From NCBI GenBank assembly GCA_963820825.1, contig CAWGBN010000006.1:576001-640000 (forward strand): a stretch of 64,000 bases of DNA. Reading direction: 5' to 3'. The DNA comes from Vulcanimicrobiota bacterium (GTDB lineage Bacteria > Vulcanimicrobiota > Vulcanimicrobiia > Vulcanimicrobiales > Vulcanimicrobiaceae). The notes under the pieces were generated by a model. That model was not told the DNA's origin. It made no database searches and was given only the letters and a program-made list of their open reading frames with translations. The position numbers and the translations under genes are program-made. This document shows, piece by piece, positions 1 through 9,136 of the stretch (its first letter is position 1; every line of letters begins with the position of its first letter).

Positions 1-909
1 GCATCGGCATTCGTTCTCACTGCGACGCTCGCGGGCGCCGGCTGCGGCGGCAGCCTCGGACCAGCGAATCCGTCCGCGCAAACTGCCTCTTCGAGCGGAT
101 GGATCGACGCCGGGGGGACCGTCTACCACCGGCCGCATTACGCGCCGAATCGCGAAATGGCTCTGCGCCTTCCGCCCGGACGCGACTACGTGCCCTATCT
201 GGGCGGCGCCGTCATTCTCAATCCGAAGATTTACTTCGACTTTTGGGGATTCAAGAAATACGGCGACCCCGACCATATCCGGCCGCTGCTCCTCGCTTAC
301 GCTAAGGCCATGGGCGGGAGCGGTCACAACAACATCGAGACGCAGTACTATCAGGAACTATCCGGCAGCACGAAAGAATACATTACCAACGGCGCAGATC
401 AGTTCGGCGGCAGCTGGATCGACCCCGCGGCGGTTCCAAAGACGCCGAACGATCCGCAGATTGCGGCCGAGGCGATCAAGGCCGTCGACCACTTCGGCTA
501 CGATTCGAACGGCGTCTACTTCGTCGTGACACCGCACGGTCGGAGCGAGGCGAACTTCCCCGATCACTGGTGCTCCTATCACGGCACAACCGTCGAGAAG
601 AAGAAAAACGTGGCCTACGTCTACTTTCCGTACGTGCCCGACGGCGGCACGAGCTGCGGGGCGAACAGCATCGATCCGCCGCCCGGCGAGAGCGCGGCGG
701 ATGAAGGCGTGACGATCATCGCCGGGCACGAGATCGGCGAAGCGATTACCGATCCGCAGCCCTCGACGGCGTGGGATGGCCCGGGCGGCGAGATCGCCGA
801 CGTCTGTGCGTTTTTCAATATCGCGAACGACACGTTCGGCAAGAGGAAATTCACGATGCAGGCGATGGTCAGCGACGCGACGGCAAGCTGCGTCCAAACC
901 TATCCGTAG
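1..909 (+). CDS. Secreted lipoprotein, Phi-1/EXORDIUM-like domain (5' end outside window)
   Basis: Frame is open from base 1 with a lipobox-like LAGAGC; motifs CSYHG, HEIGEAITDP and GEIADVC. Confidence 0.6.
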   Translation, partial: ASAFVLTATLAGAGCGGSLGPANPSAQTASSSGWIDAGGTVYHRPHYAPNREMALRLPPGRDYVPYLGGAVILNPKIYFDFWGFKKYGDPDHIRPLLLAYAKAMGGSGHNNIETQYYQELSGSTKEYITNGADQFGGSWIDPAAVPKTPNDPQIAAEAIKAVDHFGYDSNGVYFVVTPHGRSEANFPDHWCSYHGTTVEKKKNVAYVYFPYVPDGGTSCGANSIDPPPGESAADEGVTIIAGHEIGEAITDPQPSTAWDGPGGEIADVCAFFNIANDTFGKRKFTMQAMVSDATASCVQTYP

Positions 910-1514
910 CGCGCGCGTCGCTCGGCGAGGCGTAAGAGCGCGTCGGCGGCGATCGCCAGCGTCGACACGGCGAGGCTGCCCGCGACGATCATCTGCGGCT
1001 GATGGAGCGTTAGGCCGTTGAAGATCAGCACGCCGAGTCCCACCCCGCCGACGTAACCGCCGAGCGTCCCGATAGCGATCATCGCGATCGCCGCGATCCG
1101 CACGCCGCCGATGAGCACCGGCAAGGCCTGCGGAAACTCGACGCGCCAGAGAATTTGCCGTGCCGACATGCCGAGGCCGCGCGCCGCGTCGACTTGCGCG
1201 CGGTCGACGGCGGCGATGCCCGCGGCGACGTTGCGTGCGAGCATGAACTGCGCGTATAGAACGAGCGCGACGAAGATCGGCGTGAAGCCGAGCCCAAAGG
1301 CTTCGACGAAGACGGCGAGCATCGCTAAGCTCGGAATGGTGTAGATCGCCCCGAGCGTCCCGAGCAGCCACGGGGCGAGGCGCGGCCGGCGGACCGCGAC
1401 GAGGCCGAGCGGAACGGCGAAGAGGAGCGCGACCGCGAGCGCGACTGCGACCAGCTCGACGTGCGTGGCGGTCAGCGATGCAACTCGCCACGGATGCGCG
1501 ACGATATAGTTCAT
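900..1514 (-). CDS. Osmoprotectant (glycine betaine/choline) ABC transporter permease
   Basis: Start MNYIVAHPW; TIPSLA and EAA-like DAARGLGMS motifs; in ABC operon. Confidence 0.85.
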   Translation of the reverse strand: MNYIVAHPWRVASLTATHVELVAVALAVALLFAVPLGLVAVRRPRLAPWLLGTLGAIYTIPSLAMLAVFVEAFGLGFTPIFVALVLYAQFMLARNVAAGIAAVDRAQVDAARGLGMSARQILWRVEFPQALPVLIGGVRIAAIAMIAIGTLGGYVGGVGLGVLIFNGLTLHQPQMIVAGSLAVSTLAIAADALLRLAERRARYG

Positions 1515-2302
1515 CGCGATCGCAAGAGCTCGCGCCCGCGCATGAAATACTCGCGATAGACGTTGTCGCCGGCGTGGACGAGCTCGCGAACGTATGGCGT
1601 GGCGGGCTGCTCGAAGAGCTCGAACGGTTCGCCGGCCTGTTCGACACCGCCATCGCGAACCACGACGATCCGGTCGGCCAAGCGGAAGGCCTCCTCGACG
1701 TCGTGCGTTACGAAGAGCGTCGTCGTCTGCAGCTCGGCGACGATGCGGATCAGCTCGCGCTGCAGGGCGGTGCGGACGACGACGTCGACGGCGCCGAAGG
1801 GCTCGTCCATCAACAGTGCTCGCGGTCGCGCCGCGATCGCTCGCGCGACGCCGACGCGCTGCGCCTCGCCGCCCGATAGTTCGCTGGGACGCCGGCTTCG
1901 ATAGCGGGCCGGATCGAGACCGACGAGTTGGAGCAACGCGTCGACGCGCGCTCCGATCTCGGTTCGGCTCCAGCCGAGCAGCGACGGAACGATCGCGACG
2001 TTCTGCGCCACGGTCATGTTCGTGAAGAGACCGACCGCTTGAATTACGTATCCGATGTTGCGGCGCAGCTCGACGGGTTCGAGTTCGCCGATGTCGGTCC
2101 CGTCGACGAGGACGCGCCCGGCGTCGCACGGGACGAGCCGGTTGACGGTGCGCAAGAGCGTCGATTTGCCGCTTCCCGAGGGCCCGAGCAGAACGACGAG
2201 TTCGCCGCCGCGCACGTCGAGCGAGACGCGCTCGACCGCGTAGCGATCCGAACCCGGATATCGCACGGAGACGTCGTCGAAGCGTATTGCCGCGGGATTC
2301 AT
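1511..2302 (-). CDS. Osmoprotectant ABC transporter ATP-binding protein
   Basis: Walker A GPSGSGKS, signature LSGGEAQRV, LMDEPF, FVTHD. Confidence 0.9.
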   Translation of the reverse strand: MNPAAIRFDDVSVRYPGSDRYAVERVSLDVRGGELVVLLGPSGSGKSTLLRTVNRLVPCDAGRVLVDGTDIGELEPVELRRNIGYVIQAVGLFTNMTVAQNVAIVPSLLGWSRTEIGARVDALLQLVGLDPARYRSRRPSELSGGEAQRVGVARAIAARPRALLMDEPFGAVDVVVRTALQRELIRIVAELQTTTLFVTHDVEEAFRLADRIVVVRDGGVEQAGEPFELFEQPATPYVRELVHAGDNVYREYFMRGRELLRSR

Positions 2303-3168
2303 CGGCGCAGAAACTCTGCCGCGACGTCGGCGGGATCCGCTTGATCGTTCTCGACGGCGGCGTTCATCGCTTGCGCTGCCGCGTCGGTTATTCTCGGCGA
2401 GACGGCGTCGAGCACCACCGCGATCTTCGGACGTGCGGCCACCGTCGCTGCACGGACGACCGGCGCGACGTTGTATGCCGACCAAAAATGACGGTCGTCG
2501 CGCAGCACCAGCAGTCTGTCGGCGGCAATCGCACCATCGGTGGAGAAAGCGCTGGCGACGTCGGCCTTTCCTTCGAGCAGCGCGCGATACTTCAATGCAA
2601 TGTCGTAGGTACGCACTTCGCGAAACGCAAATCCGCCGTAGAATCGCTGCAGGCCGGGCAGGCCGTCGGGGCGCGCGAGAAACTCTTGAATCGTGGCCAA
2701 GCGCAGCGAGGGTGCTTCGCGCGCGACGTCGGAGAGCGTCGCGATCCGGTAACGTGCGGCGATCGCTCGCGTCGTCGCGAGCGCCTGCGAATCGTTCATC
2801 GGCGAGGGGCTTAGCCAAACGATGCCGTAGCGCTTGGCGAAGGCGTCTGCGACCACCGCGTAGGCGGTGCGCGGGTTATTGATCGGCGGGAGATGGAGCA
2901 CGTCGATCAACGCCGTTCCCGTATACTCCGGATAGAGGTCGATGTTGCCGCGCTGCATCGCGGCGATCGCGATCTGCGTCGAGCCGAGATTGAAGAGCCG
3001 CTCGACCCGCATGCCCGCCTTTTCGAGCGATTGCGCGTAGATCTCGGCAATGACGAACGACTCGGTGAAGTTCTTCGAGCCGACTCGGATCGCCGACGGA
3101 TCGAACGCGCAGCCTGTCGCGAGCGGGGCCGCTGCGGCCAAGGCCAGCGCGCGCGCGCGCGAAATCAC
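2299..3168 (-). CDS. Glycine betaine ABC transporter substrate-binding lipoprotein (OpuAC-like)
   Basis: GTG start overlaps the upstream stop; lipobox LATGC; VGSKNFTE and YPEYTGT motifs. Confidence 0.88.
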   Translation of the reverse strand: MISRARALALAAAAPLATGCAFDPSAIRVGSKNFTESFVIAEIYAQSLEKAGMRVERLFNLGSTQIAIAAMQRGNIDLYPEYTGTALIDVLHLPPINNPRTAYAVVADAFAKRYGIVWLSPSPMNDSQALATTRAIAARYRIATLSDVAREAPSLRLATIQEFLARPDGLPGLQRFYGGFAFREVRTYDIALKYRALLEGKADVASAFSTDGAIAADRLLVLRDDRHFWSAYNVAPVVRAATVAARPKIAVVLDAVSPRITDAAAQAMNAAVENDQADPADVAAEFLRR

Positions 3169-3749
3169 GCGCACCGTGCGGCGAGTCCCAGCAAGAGGTC
3201 GGCACCGAGCGCGAGCACCGCGACGGTGGCCGCACCTTCGAAGAGGAGCACGGGGTCGTCGGTCTGCAGACCGCGGACGATCTCGTCGCCGAGCCCGCCG
3301 GCGCCGATGAACGTTGCGAGCGTTGCGCTCGCTATCGTCTCGGTCGTTGCCGTGCGCAGACCCGCGAACGAGATCGGCAGGGCGAAGGGTACGACGACGC
3401 GCGCGAAGCGCTGCATTTGCGTCATTCCCATGCCGGTCGCCGCGTCGAGCATCGCGCTTGGCACGCCGCGGATGCCGAGATCGACCGCGATGACGATCGG
3501 CGGGATCGCGAGCAGTGCGAGCGCGATGATCGCCGGCGCCGCGCCGACGCCAAGCCACGGGAGCAGCAGCATGAGGACGGCGAGGCTCGGAAGGGTGCGT
3601 CCGATTCCTGCGAGCGCCAGCACCGCGCCGCGCAGCCGTGCCGACTCGGCGGCGAGGATGCCCAGCGGGAGCCCGGCCGAGAGCGCGAGCGCGAGGGCCG
3701 AGAGGGCGAGGACGAGGTGCTCGGTGACGTGCGCGGTGAAATCGGCCAT
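3165..3749 (-). CDS. Osmoprotectant ABC transporter permease
   Basis: RTLPSLA, DAATGMGMT, GAGGLG motifs. Confidence 0.85.
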   Translation of the reverse strand: MADFTAHVTEHLVLALSALALALSAGLPLGILAAESARLRGAVLALAGIGRTLPSLAVLMLLLPWLGVGAAPAIIALALLAIPPIVIAVDLGIRGVPSAMLDAATGMGMTQMQRFARVVVPFALPISFAGLRTATTETIASATLATFIGAGGLGDEIVRGLQTDDPVLLFEGAATVAVLALGADLLLGLAARCA

Positions 3750-3818
3750 TCACGCAAGTTTTTTGCCGCTCGGGAGGCGAAACCCGGCACGTACCGCTAA
3801 GCAAAGCTAAAGAGATTC

Positions 3819-5930
3819 ATGATTACCCAGCCGCATCCGAAGCAGGCAACGGTTCCCGTTGCGTCGCTCGACGATCCTTCGCTCTACATCAGTCGCGAAT
3901 TATCGTGGGTCGAGTTCAACGACCGCGTCCTCGAGGAGGCCCTCGACGCGCGAAACCCGCTGCTCGAGCGGCTGAAGTTCGTGGCTATCTACGGAACGAA
4001 TCTCGACGAGTTCTTCATGATTCGCGTCGCCGCGATCAAGCAGCAGATCGAGGCGCAAGTCGTGCGCCGCTCGGAAGACGGGCGAACGCCGACCGAGCAC
4101 CTTGCGGCGATCTCGGACCGGCTGCGCGCCTCGTTGCCGCAACAGATGCACCTGCTCAACGACGACCTGCTGCCTGCGCTCGAGCGCGAAGGCGTCCGGC
4201 TGATGCGCGTCAGCGAGCTCGACGAGGAGACGCAGAGCGCGCTCGAACGCACTTTCGACGAGAGCGTCTTCCCCGTGTTGACGCCGCTCGCCGTCGATAG
4301 CGGGCATCCGTTTCCGTACATTTCGAATTTGTCGCTCTCGCTCGCGGTCGAACTCGAGGAGACGACGCGCGAGGGCGTCGAGCTGCACTTCGCGCGCGTC
4401 AAGATTCCGCCGACGCTCCCGCGTTTCGTGCCCGTCGAAGGAGCCGCGGCGAACGAGCGCCGTTTCGTGCTGCTCGACGATCTCATCGCGCATCATCTCG
4501 ACGTGCTCTTTCCCGGCATGCACGTGCGCGACTCGTATCTCTTTCGGGTAACGCGCGACGCCGATCTCGACTTGCAGGAAGACGAAGCCGACGACCTCTT
4601 GCGCGCGATCGAGTCGGAGCTGCGGCGGCGCCGCTTCGGCGAGCCGGTGCGGCTCGAGATCGAGCGCGGCATGCCCGAGTACATGCGGGATTTTCTCTGC
4701 ACCTCGCTCGAGCTCGAAGCGGTAGACTGCTACGAGATCGACGGGCTGATGGCGCTGAGCGATCTCTGGCAGATCGTAAATTTACCCGATTACGAGAACG
4801 TCCGCGACAAGCCGTTCATGCCCGCGATTCCGCGCCGGCTCGTCGGCGTTACCGACATCTTCGCGCAGATTCGCGAAGGCGACATCCTGCTCCATCATCC
4901 GTACGAGTCGTTCGATCCGGTCATCCAATTCCTCGGCCAGGCTGCCGAAGATCCGAAGGTTCTGGCGATCAAAGCGACGCTCTATCGCACCTCGGGGAAG
5001 AACTCGCCGATCGTGCGCGCTCTGCTCACGGCCGCCGAAAACGAGAAGCAAGTCGCGGTCGTCATCGAGCTCAAGGCGCGATTCGACGAAGAGAACAACA
5101 TCGAATGGGCAAAACGCCTGGAGCGCGCCGGGGCGCACGTGGTCTACGGCTTCGCCAATCAAAAGGTTCACGCGAAGACGCTATTGGTCGTGCGCGAGGA
5201 CGAGGACGGATTGCGGCGCTACATGCACTTCGGAACCGGCAACTATAACGAAAAGAGCGCGCTGCTCTATACCGACTTGAGTCTCTTCACCTGCCGCCCG
5301 GAGCTGGGAACCGACGACGCTCAGGTCTTCAACGCGCTGACCGGATTCTCGAAGGTCACCGACTACGAAGATCTCTGGGTCGCGCCGGTGACCTTCCATC
5401 GCGAGTTGATCGCGCGGATCGAGCGCGAGACCGAGCACGCTCGCGCGGGACGGGCCGCCGGCATCCGCGCGAAGATCAACGCGTTAACGGAAATTCAAGT
5501 CGTGCGCGCGCTCTATAAGGCCTCGCAAGCCGGCGTTCCGATCGATCTGCTCGTGCGCGGCATGTGCGTGCTCCGCCCGGGCGTTCCGGGCGTGAGCGAG
5601 AACATTCGCGTGCGCAGCATCGTCGGGCGTTTCCTCGAGCACTCCCGCATCTACGTATTCGAGAACGGCGGCGAGCGCGAAGCGTTTATCGCGAGCGCCG
5701 ATTGGATGGGTCGCAATCTCGACCGCCGCGTCGAGCTCGCCGTTCCGGTGCTCGACCCGGTCATCGCCGAGACGATTGCCTCGCACCTGATGACGGTGCT
5801 GCTCGCCGACAACGTGAAGAGCCGCGAGCTCCAAGAGGACGGCAGTTACCGCCGGCTCTCACCGGGGCCCGGCGAGATGCCGATCGACGCTCAGCGGGTC
5901 TTTCTCACTCAAGCGCAGGCGCTCGGCTAG
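3819..5930 (+). CDS. ppk1: Polyphosphate kinase 1
   Basis: RELSWVEFN, NLDEFFMIRVA, LHHPYESF, ELKARFDEENN, GTGNYN, RFLEHSR, SADWMGRNLDRRVE. Confidence 0.97.
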   Translation: MITQPHPKQATVPVASLDDPSLYISRELSWVEFNDRVLEEALDARNPLLERLKFVAIYGTNLDEFFMIRVAAIKQQIEAQVVRRSEDGRTPTEHLAAISDRLRASLPQQMHLLNDDLLPALEREGVRLMRVSELDEETQSALERTFDESVFPVLTPLAVDSGHPFPYISNLSLSLAVELEETTREGVELHFARVKIPPTLPRFVPVEGAAANERRFVLLDDLIAHHLDVLFPGMHVRDSYLFRVTRDADLDLQEDEADDLLRAIESELRRRRFGEPVRLEIERGMPEYMRDFLCTSLELEAVDCYEIDGLMALSDLWQIVNLPDYENVRDKPFMPAIPRRLVGVTDIFAQIREGDILLHHPYESFDPVIQFLGQAAEDPKVLAIKATLYRTSGKNSPIVRALLTAAENEKQVAVVIELKARFDEENNIEWAKRLERAGAHVVYGFANQKVHAKTLLVVREDEDGLRRYMHFGTGNYNEKSALLYTDLSLFTCRPELGTDDAQVFNALTGFSKVTDYEDLWVAPVTFHRELIARIERETEHARAGRAAGIRAKINALTEIQVVRALYKASQAGVPIDLLVRGMCVLRPGVPGVSENIRVRSIVGRFLEHSRIYVFENGGEREAFIASADWMGRNLDRRVELAVPVLDPVIAETIASHLMTVLLADNVKSRELQEDGSYRRLSPGPGEMPIDAQRVFLTQAQALG

Positions 5931-6378
5931 CGAGCTCGAGCACGATCTTCCATTCGTGCGGCATTACCGGCTGCACGGAGAGGCGTTGTCCGCGACGCAG
6001 CAGCGGCATTCCGACGAGCCGCGGTTCGGCGCGCATGCTCGCCAAGGTTACCGGGTGCTCGAGCGCTTCGTCGTACTCGACGTCGACCATGAACCAGATC
6101 GGCTTACCTTGCTTTGCGCGCAGGTCGAAGTATTCGCCGCTCCGGTCGAACTGGGTGAAGTCGGGATAGGCTTCGCGGACGACCTTGCAGATGCCGACGG
6201 CCGCCGGCTCGGCGATGCTCGAATGATAGAAGAGCGCGAGATCGCCCAGGCGCATCTCCATCATATTGTTGCGCGCCTGGAAGTTGCGTACGCCCGTCCA
6301 TGGCGTCGTGCCGTCGCTGCGAAGTTGCTCGAAGGAATAGGCGCTCGGCTCGGTCTTGAGCAGCCAGTAGCGAGCCAT
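5905..6378 (-). CDS. EVE domain protein
   Basis: YWLLKTEP, WTGVRNFQARN, FYHS, RLSVQPV. Confidence 0.92.
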   Translation of the reverse strand: MARYWLLKTEPSAYSFEQLRSDGTTPWTGVRNFQARNNMMEMRLGDLALFYHSSIAEPAAVGICKVVREAYPDFTQFDRSGEYFDLRAKQGKPIWFMVDVEYDEALEHPVTLASMRAEPRLVGMPLLRRGQRLSVQPVMPHEWKIVLELASRAPALE

Positions 6379-6453
6379 TAGCGAGCGCCGTTAGGGTCCT
6401 GTCCGGACAAATCCTGGCGTTGGGCTATCGCCATATGTTATCTTGATGCGGAA

Positions 6454-6936
6454 ATGTCGAGAGGCGTCGTCCGCGCTACGCGTGACGGTTGGGATGGTAT
6501 CGAGCCGGCCGGCTATTCGCCGGATGCCCCAGGCACCGGCGTCATCCGGCACACGATCGTCGGCAGCCGGAAGAACGACCCGAGCGACCCGGGGCCGAAG
6601 ATGGAGCTGCGCTACTTCGAGGTGCAGCCCGGGGCGGCGTCGCGGCTCGAAAAGCACGAGCACGAGCACTACGTCATCGTCCGTCACGGGTTCGGATACG
6701 CCGTCATCGGCGATACCGCAACCGAAATTGGGCCCGACGACGTCATTTACGTCGCGCCGCTCGAACTCCATCAGTTCGTCAATCGCGGACCGACGCCGTT
6801 TGGATTCTTCTGCTTCGTCGACACGTGCCGCGACTTTTCGCAAGCGCCGACTCCCGAAGAGCTCGACCGTCTCGAAGCCTCACCCGCCGGCGCGGTCGCA
6901 AAACCCAACGCCGTTCCGCCTCCAGCAAAACGCTAA
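6454..6936 (+). CDS. Cupin domain protein
   Basis: LRYFEV..EKHEHEH..HQFVN cupin metal motifs. Confidence 0.8.
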   Translation: MSRGVVRATRDGWDGIEPAGYSPDAPGTGVIRHTIVGSRKNDPSDPGPKMELRYFEVQPGAASRLEKHEHEHYVIVRHGFGYAVIGDTATEIGPDDVIYVAPLELHQFVNRGPTPFGFFCFVDTCRDFSQAPTPEELDRLEASPAGAVAKPNAVPPPAKR

Positions 6937-7280
6937 GTCGTTCAAAATCGCTCGGGGTCTTGCTCGCGGAACCGCTCGTCGGCGACGTCCTGTCGCCTCC
7001 TGCTTTAGCGCTCGCGCGGGCGAGCAAGCTCTGAGCGAAGTGCACCTCCTGTGCCGGCCCGCGCTCGTCGCAAATTCCGCTGAGCAAGATCCCGAGCGGC
7101 TTTGTGCACGACACGAAGCACGCGGCGCGGTTGGCTCTCGTTTCGGGCCGGCCATGGATGGCCGCTTTAAAAGCTTCGGCGCGCTCTCCGTCAGGGCGGC
7201 CCGAAAAAGCGGCGGAGCAGGAGCGCGCAGGAAGCGCGCGACGAGCGTCTTCGCGCGAGCGCTCGGACAACCGCACTACG
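6937..7280. repeat. Multi-hairpin palindromic intergenic element (REP/MITE-like or structured RNA)
   Basis: Imperfect inverted repeat 6937-6971/7075-7112; second nested hairpin ~7121-7280; four short stems with (A/T)GGA loops. Confidence 0.6.
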
Positions 7281-8126
7281 CTACTCGCCGGTTGCAATTG
7301 GGCGCGAGGGGTCGGAGACCCACTCGCTCCACGAGCCGTTGTAGAGACGCGACCCTTCGAGGCCGGCGTACTGCATCGCGAAGTGTCCGGCCGCCGCGGA
7401 GACGCCGGAGCCGCATTGATGCACGATGCGCGTGGGATCGAGGCCCCTGCGCTCGAACTCCGCGCGTAGCTCGGCGCGTGACTTCAGTCGTCCGTCGGGC
7501 GCGAAGTTCTCCTTGAACCAGCGGTTGAGCGCACCCGGAATGTGTCCCGCGACGGGATCGATCGGCTCCGTTTCGCCGCTGTAGCGCTCTTTTGCGCGCG
7601 CGTCGAGCAGTTGCATCGCCGGATCGTTGAGATGTTCGCGCACGTAGGCGGCGTCGACCAGATACTCGGGATGCAGGCGGAGCGCAAGATCGCCCGCGCG
7701 CACGGGCTGCGGCGGCGCGGTGCTGACGGGATGACCGGTGAGATTCCACGCGGTGAATCCGCCGTCGAGTACCGCAACCGCATCGTGACCGATCCAGCGC
7801 GTGAGAAACCAGAAGCGCGGCGCGAACATGTCGCCACCTCCATCGTAGGCGACGATCTGCGTTGCGTTACCGACGCCGCACGCGCGCAAGAAGTCCGCGA
7901 ACACCTCCGGTTGCGGTAACGGATGGCGCCCGTTGCTCCCGGTCTTCGTTCCCGCTAAGTCGTGCTCGAGGTCGGCGAAGAATGCGCCGGGAACGTGCGA
8001 CTCCTCGTAGAGCCGCCGGCCGAGTGCGAAATCGGCGAGCGAGTGGCGGCAATCGAAGACGACGAGATCCGGCGCGCCGAGCCGCTCGTAGAGGTCCTCG
8101 GCCGAGATGATCGTCGTAAAGCTCAC
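7281..8126 (-). CDS. sseA: Thiosulfate/3-mercaptopyruvate sulfurtransferase (tandem rhodanese)
   Basis: HVPGA, GRHPLP, GHIPGA, CGSGVSA, LYNGSWSEW. Confidence 0.9.
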   Translation of the reverse strand: MSFTTIISAEDLYERLGAPDLVVFDCRHSLADFALGRRLYEESHVPGAFFADLEHDLAGTKTGSNGRHPLPQPEVFADFLRACGVGNATQIVAYDGGGDMFAPRFWFLTRWIGHDAVAVLDGGFTAWNLTGHPVSTAPPQPVRAGDLALRLHPEYLVDAAYVREHLNDPAMQLLDARAKERYSGETEPIDPVAGHIPGALNRWFKENFAPDGRLKSRAELRAEFERRGLDPTRIVHQCGSGVSAAAGHFAMQYAGLEGSRLYNGSWSEWVSDPSRPIATGE

Positions 8127-8512
8127 CGGAGGTTGATGATGGTTTTCGCGCCGTCCTTCGACTCCGCGCCTTCGGCGCTACGCTCGGGATGACTCGAATC
8201 GCCGAACGCTTCTTGTAGCGTGGTTTGCAGTTCGCCGCTCTCGGCCATCGGGCCGAGAATGTCGGTATCGCCGTAGAAGGAGCCTTTGATGAAGACCTTC
8301 GGCAGCGTCGGCCAGTTCGTCATCGCGGCGAGCGCTTCGCGCTTGGGCATGTTCTCCAGCACGTCGACGACTTCGAACGGATAGCCGAAACGATTGAAAA
8401 ACTCGATCGTCTCGAGCGTGAAGCCGCAGCGCGGCGCGGTCTTGGTGCCCTTTCCGTAGACGAGAATCGTGTTCTCGGCGATTTCGCGCTCGATCTCTTC
8501 TTGAAAATCCAT
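8123..8512 (-). CDS. grxD: Monothiol glutaredoxin (Grx4 family) with repeat-derived C-terminal insert
   Basis: KGT..PRCGFT and WPTLPKVFI; adjacent to bolA. Confidence 0.85.
   Translation of the reverse strand: MDFQEEIEREIAENTILVYGKGTKTAPRCGFTLETIEFFNRFGYPFEVVDVLENMPKREALAAMTNWPTLPKVFIKGSFYGDTDILGPMAESGELQTTLQEAFGDSSHPERSAEGAESKDGAKTIINLR
8153..8193. repeat. Short palindromic repeat inside grxD 3' end
   Basis: GTCCTTCGACTCCGCGCCTTCGGCGCTACGCTCGGGATGAC with a GCGCC-TTC-GGCGC hairpin; encodes SHPERSAEGAESKD. Confidence 0.55.
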
Positions 8513-8516
8513 TTCG

Positions 8517-8753
8517 TTAGCCCTCCGCAACGATTGTTTTGAGTTCGACGGCGTGAACGCGGCCGTCTTTGAGTGCCTCTTTGAGCGCGCCGTAGACCAG
8601 CTGGTGCTGCTCGATCAGACTCTTCCCCCGAAATTGCTTAGAACGTACCGTCACATTGAAATGGTCCATCGTTCCGGTGCGATCGACGATGCGGACCTCC
8701 GCATCCGGAAGACCGGCCCGGATCAAGTCGGTGAGCGCCGCATCTCCGATCAC
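8517..8753 (-). CDS. BolA/IbaG family protein
   Basis: DHFNVTVRS..F.GKSLIEQHQLVY..VHAVELKT. Confidence 0.88.
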   Translation of the reverse strand: MIGDAALTDLIRAGLPDAEVRIVDRTGTMDHFNVTVRSKQFRGKSLIEQHQLVYGALKEALKDGRVHAVELKTIVAEG

Positions 8754-9004
8754 GAACGCAGCCGGGGCGAACCGGCCTTGAGCGCCTCGGCCAGACCGCG
8801 CGCTTCGCCGAGCGTCTCGGGAAGGCGAGTCGCGCCGCGAGAGAGCGCCGCCGTGACCCCGCTTGCGAGGACGACGCCGGTAACGCCGAGCAAGACCGCG
8901 GGAATTCCGCTGGCCTTTAACGGTCCGATCTCGATCGTGAAGGTGCGCTGTACGCGCGCGAGACCGCGAAAGAACGCGCGCAGGGAACGGCCGGGGGTAT
9001 TCAT
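8750..9004 (-). CDS. Small hypothetical membrane protein
   Basis: ATG start, one hydrophobic segment, 4-bp overlap with bolA. Confidence 0.55.
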   Translation of the reverse strand: MNTPGRSLRAFFRGLARVQRTFTIEIGPLKASGIPAVLLGVTGVVLASGVTAALSRGATRLPETLGEARGLAEALKAGSPRLRS

Positions 9005-9136
9005 CGTCCGCGTTCTTACGTCGCGGCCTTGGGGAAGGCCTGGCCCGAGCCGCACTGAAGCGAGCCGCCACCAACCCGCTGTTTTGGCGCGCTCTCGCGA
9101 GGCGCGGGAGCCGAAAGGCCCGAATGCGCGCATGAA

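Noticed and set aside
6779..7297. 172-aa ORF across the cupin-sseA gap
   Set aside because: No protein motifs; better explained by the palindromic element
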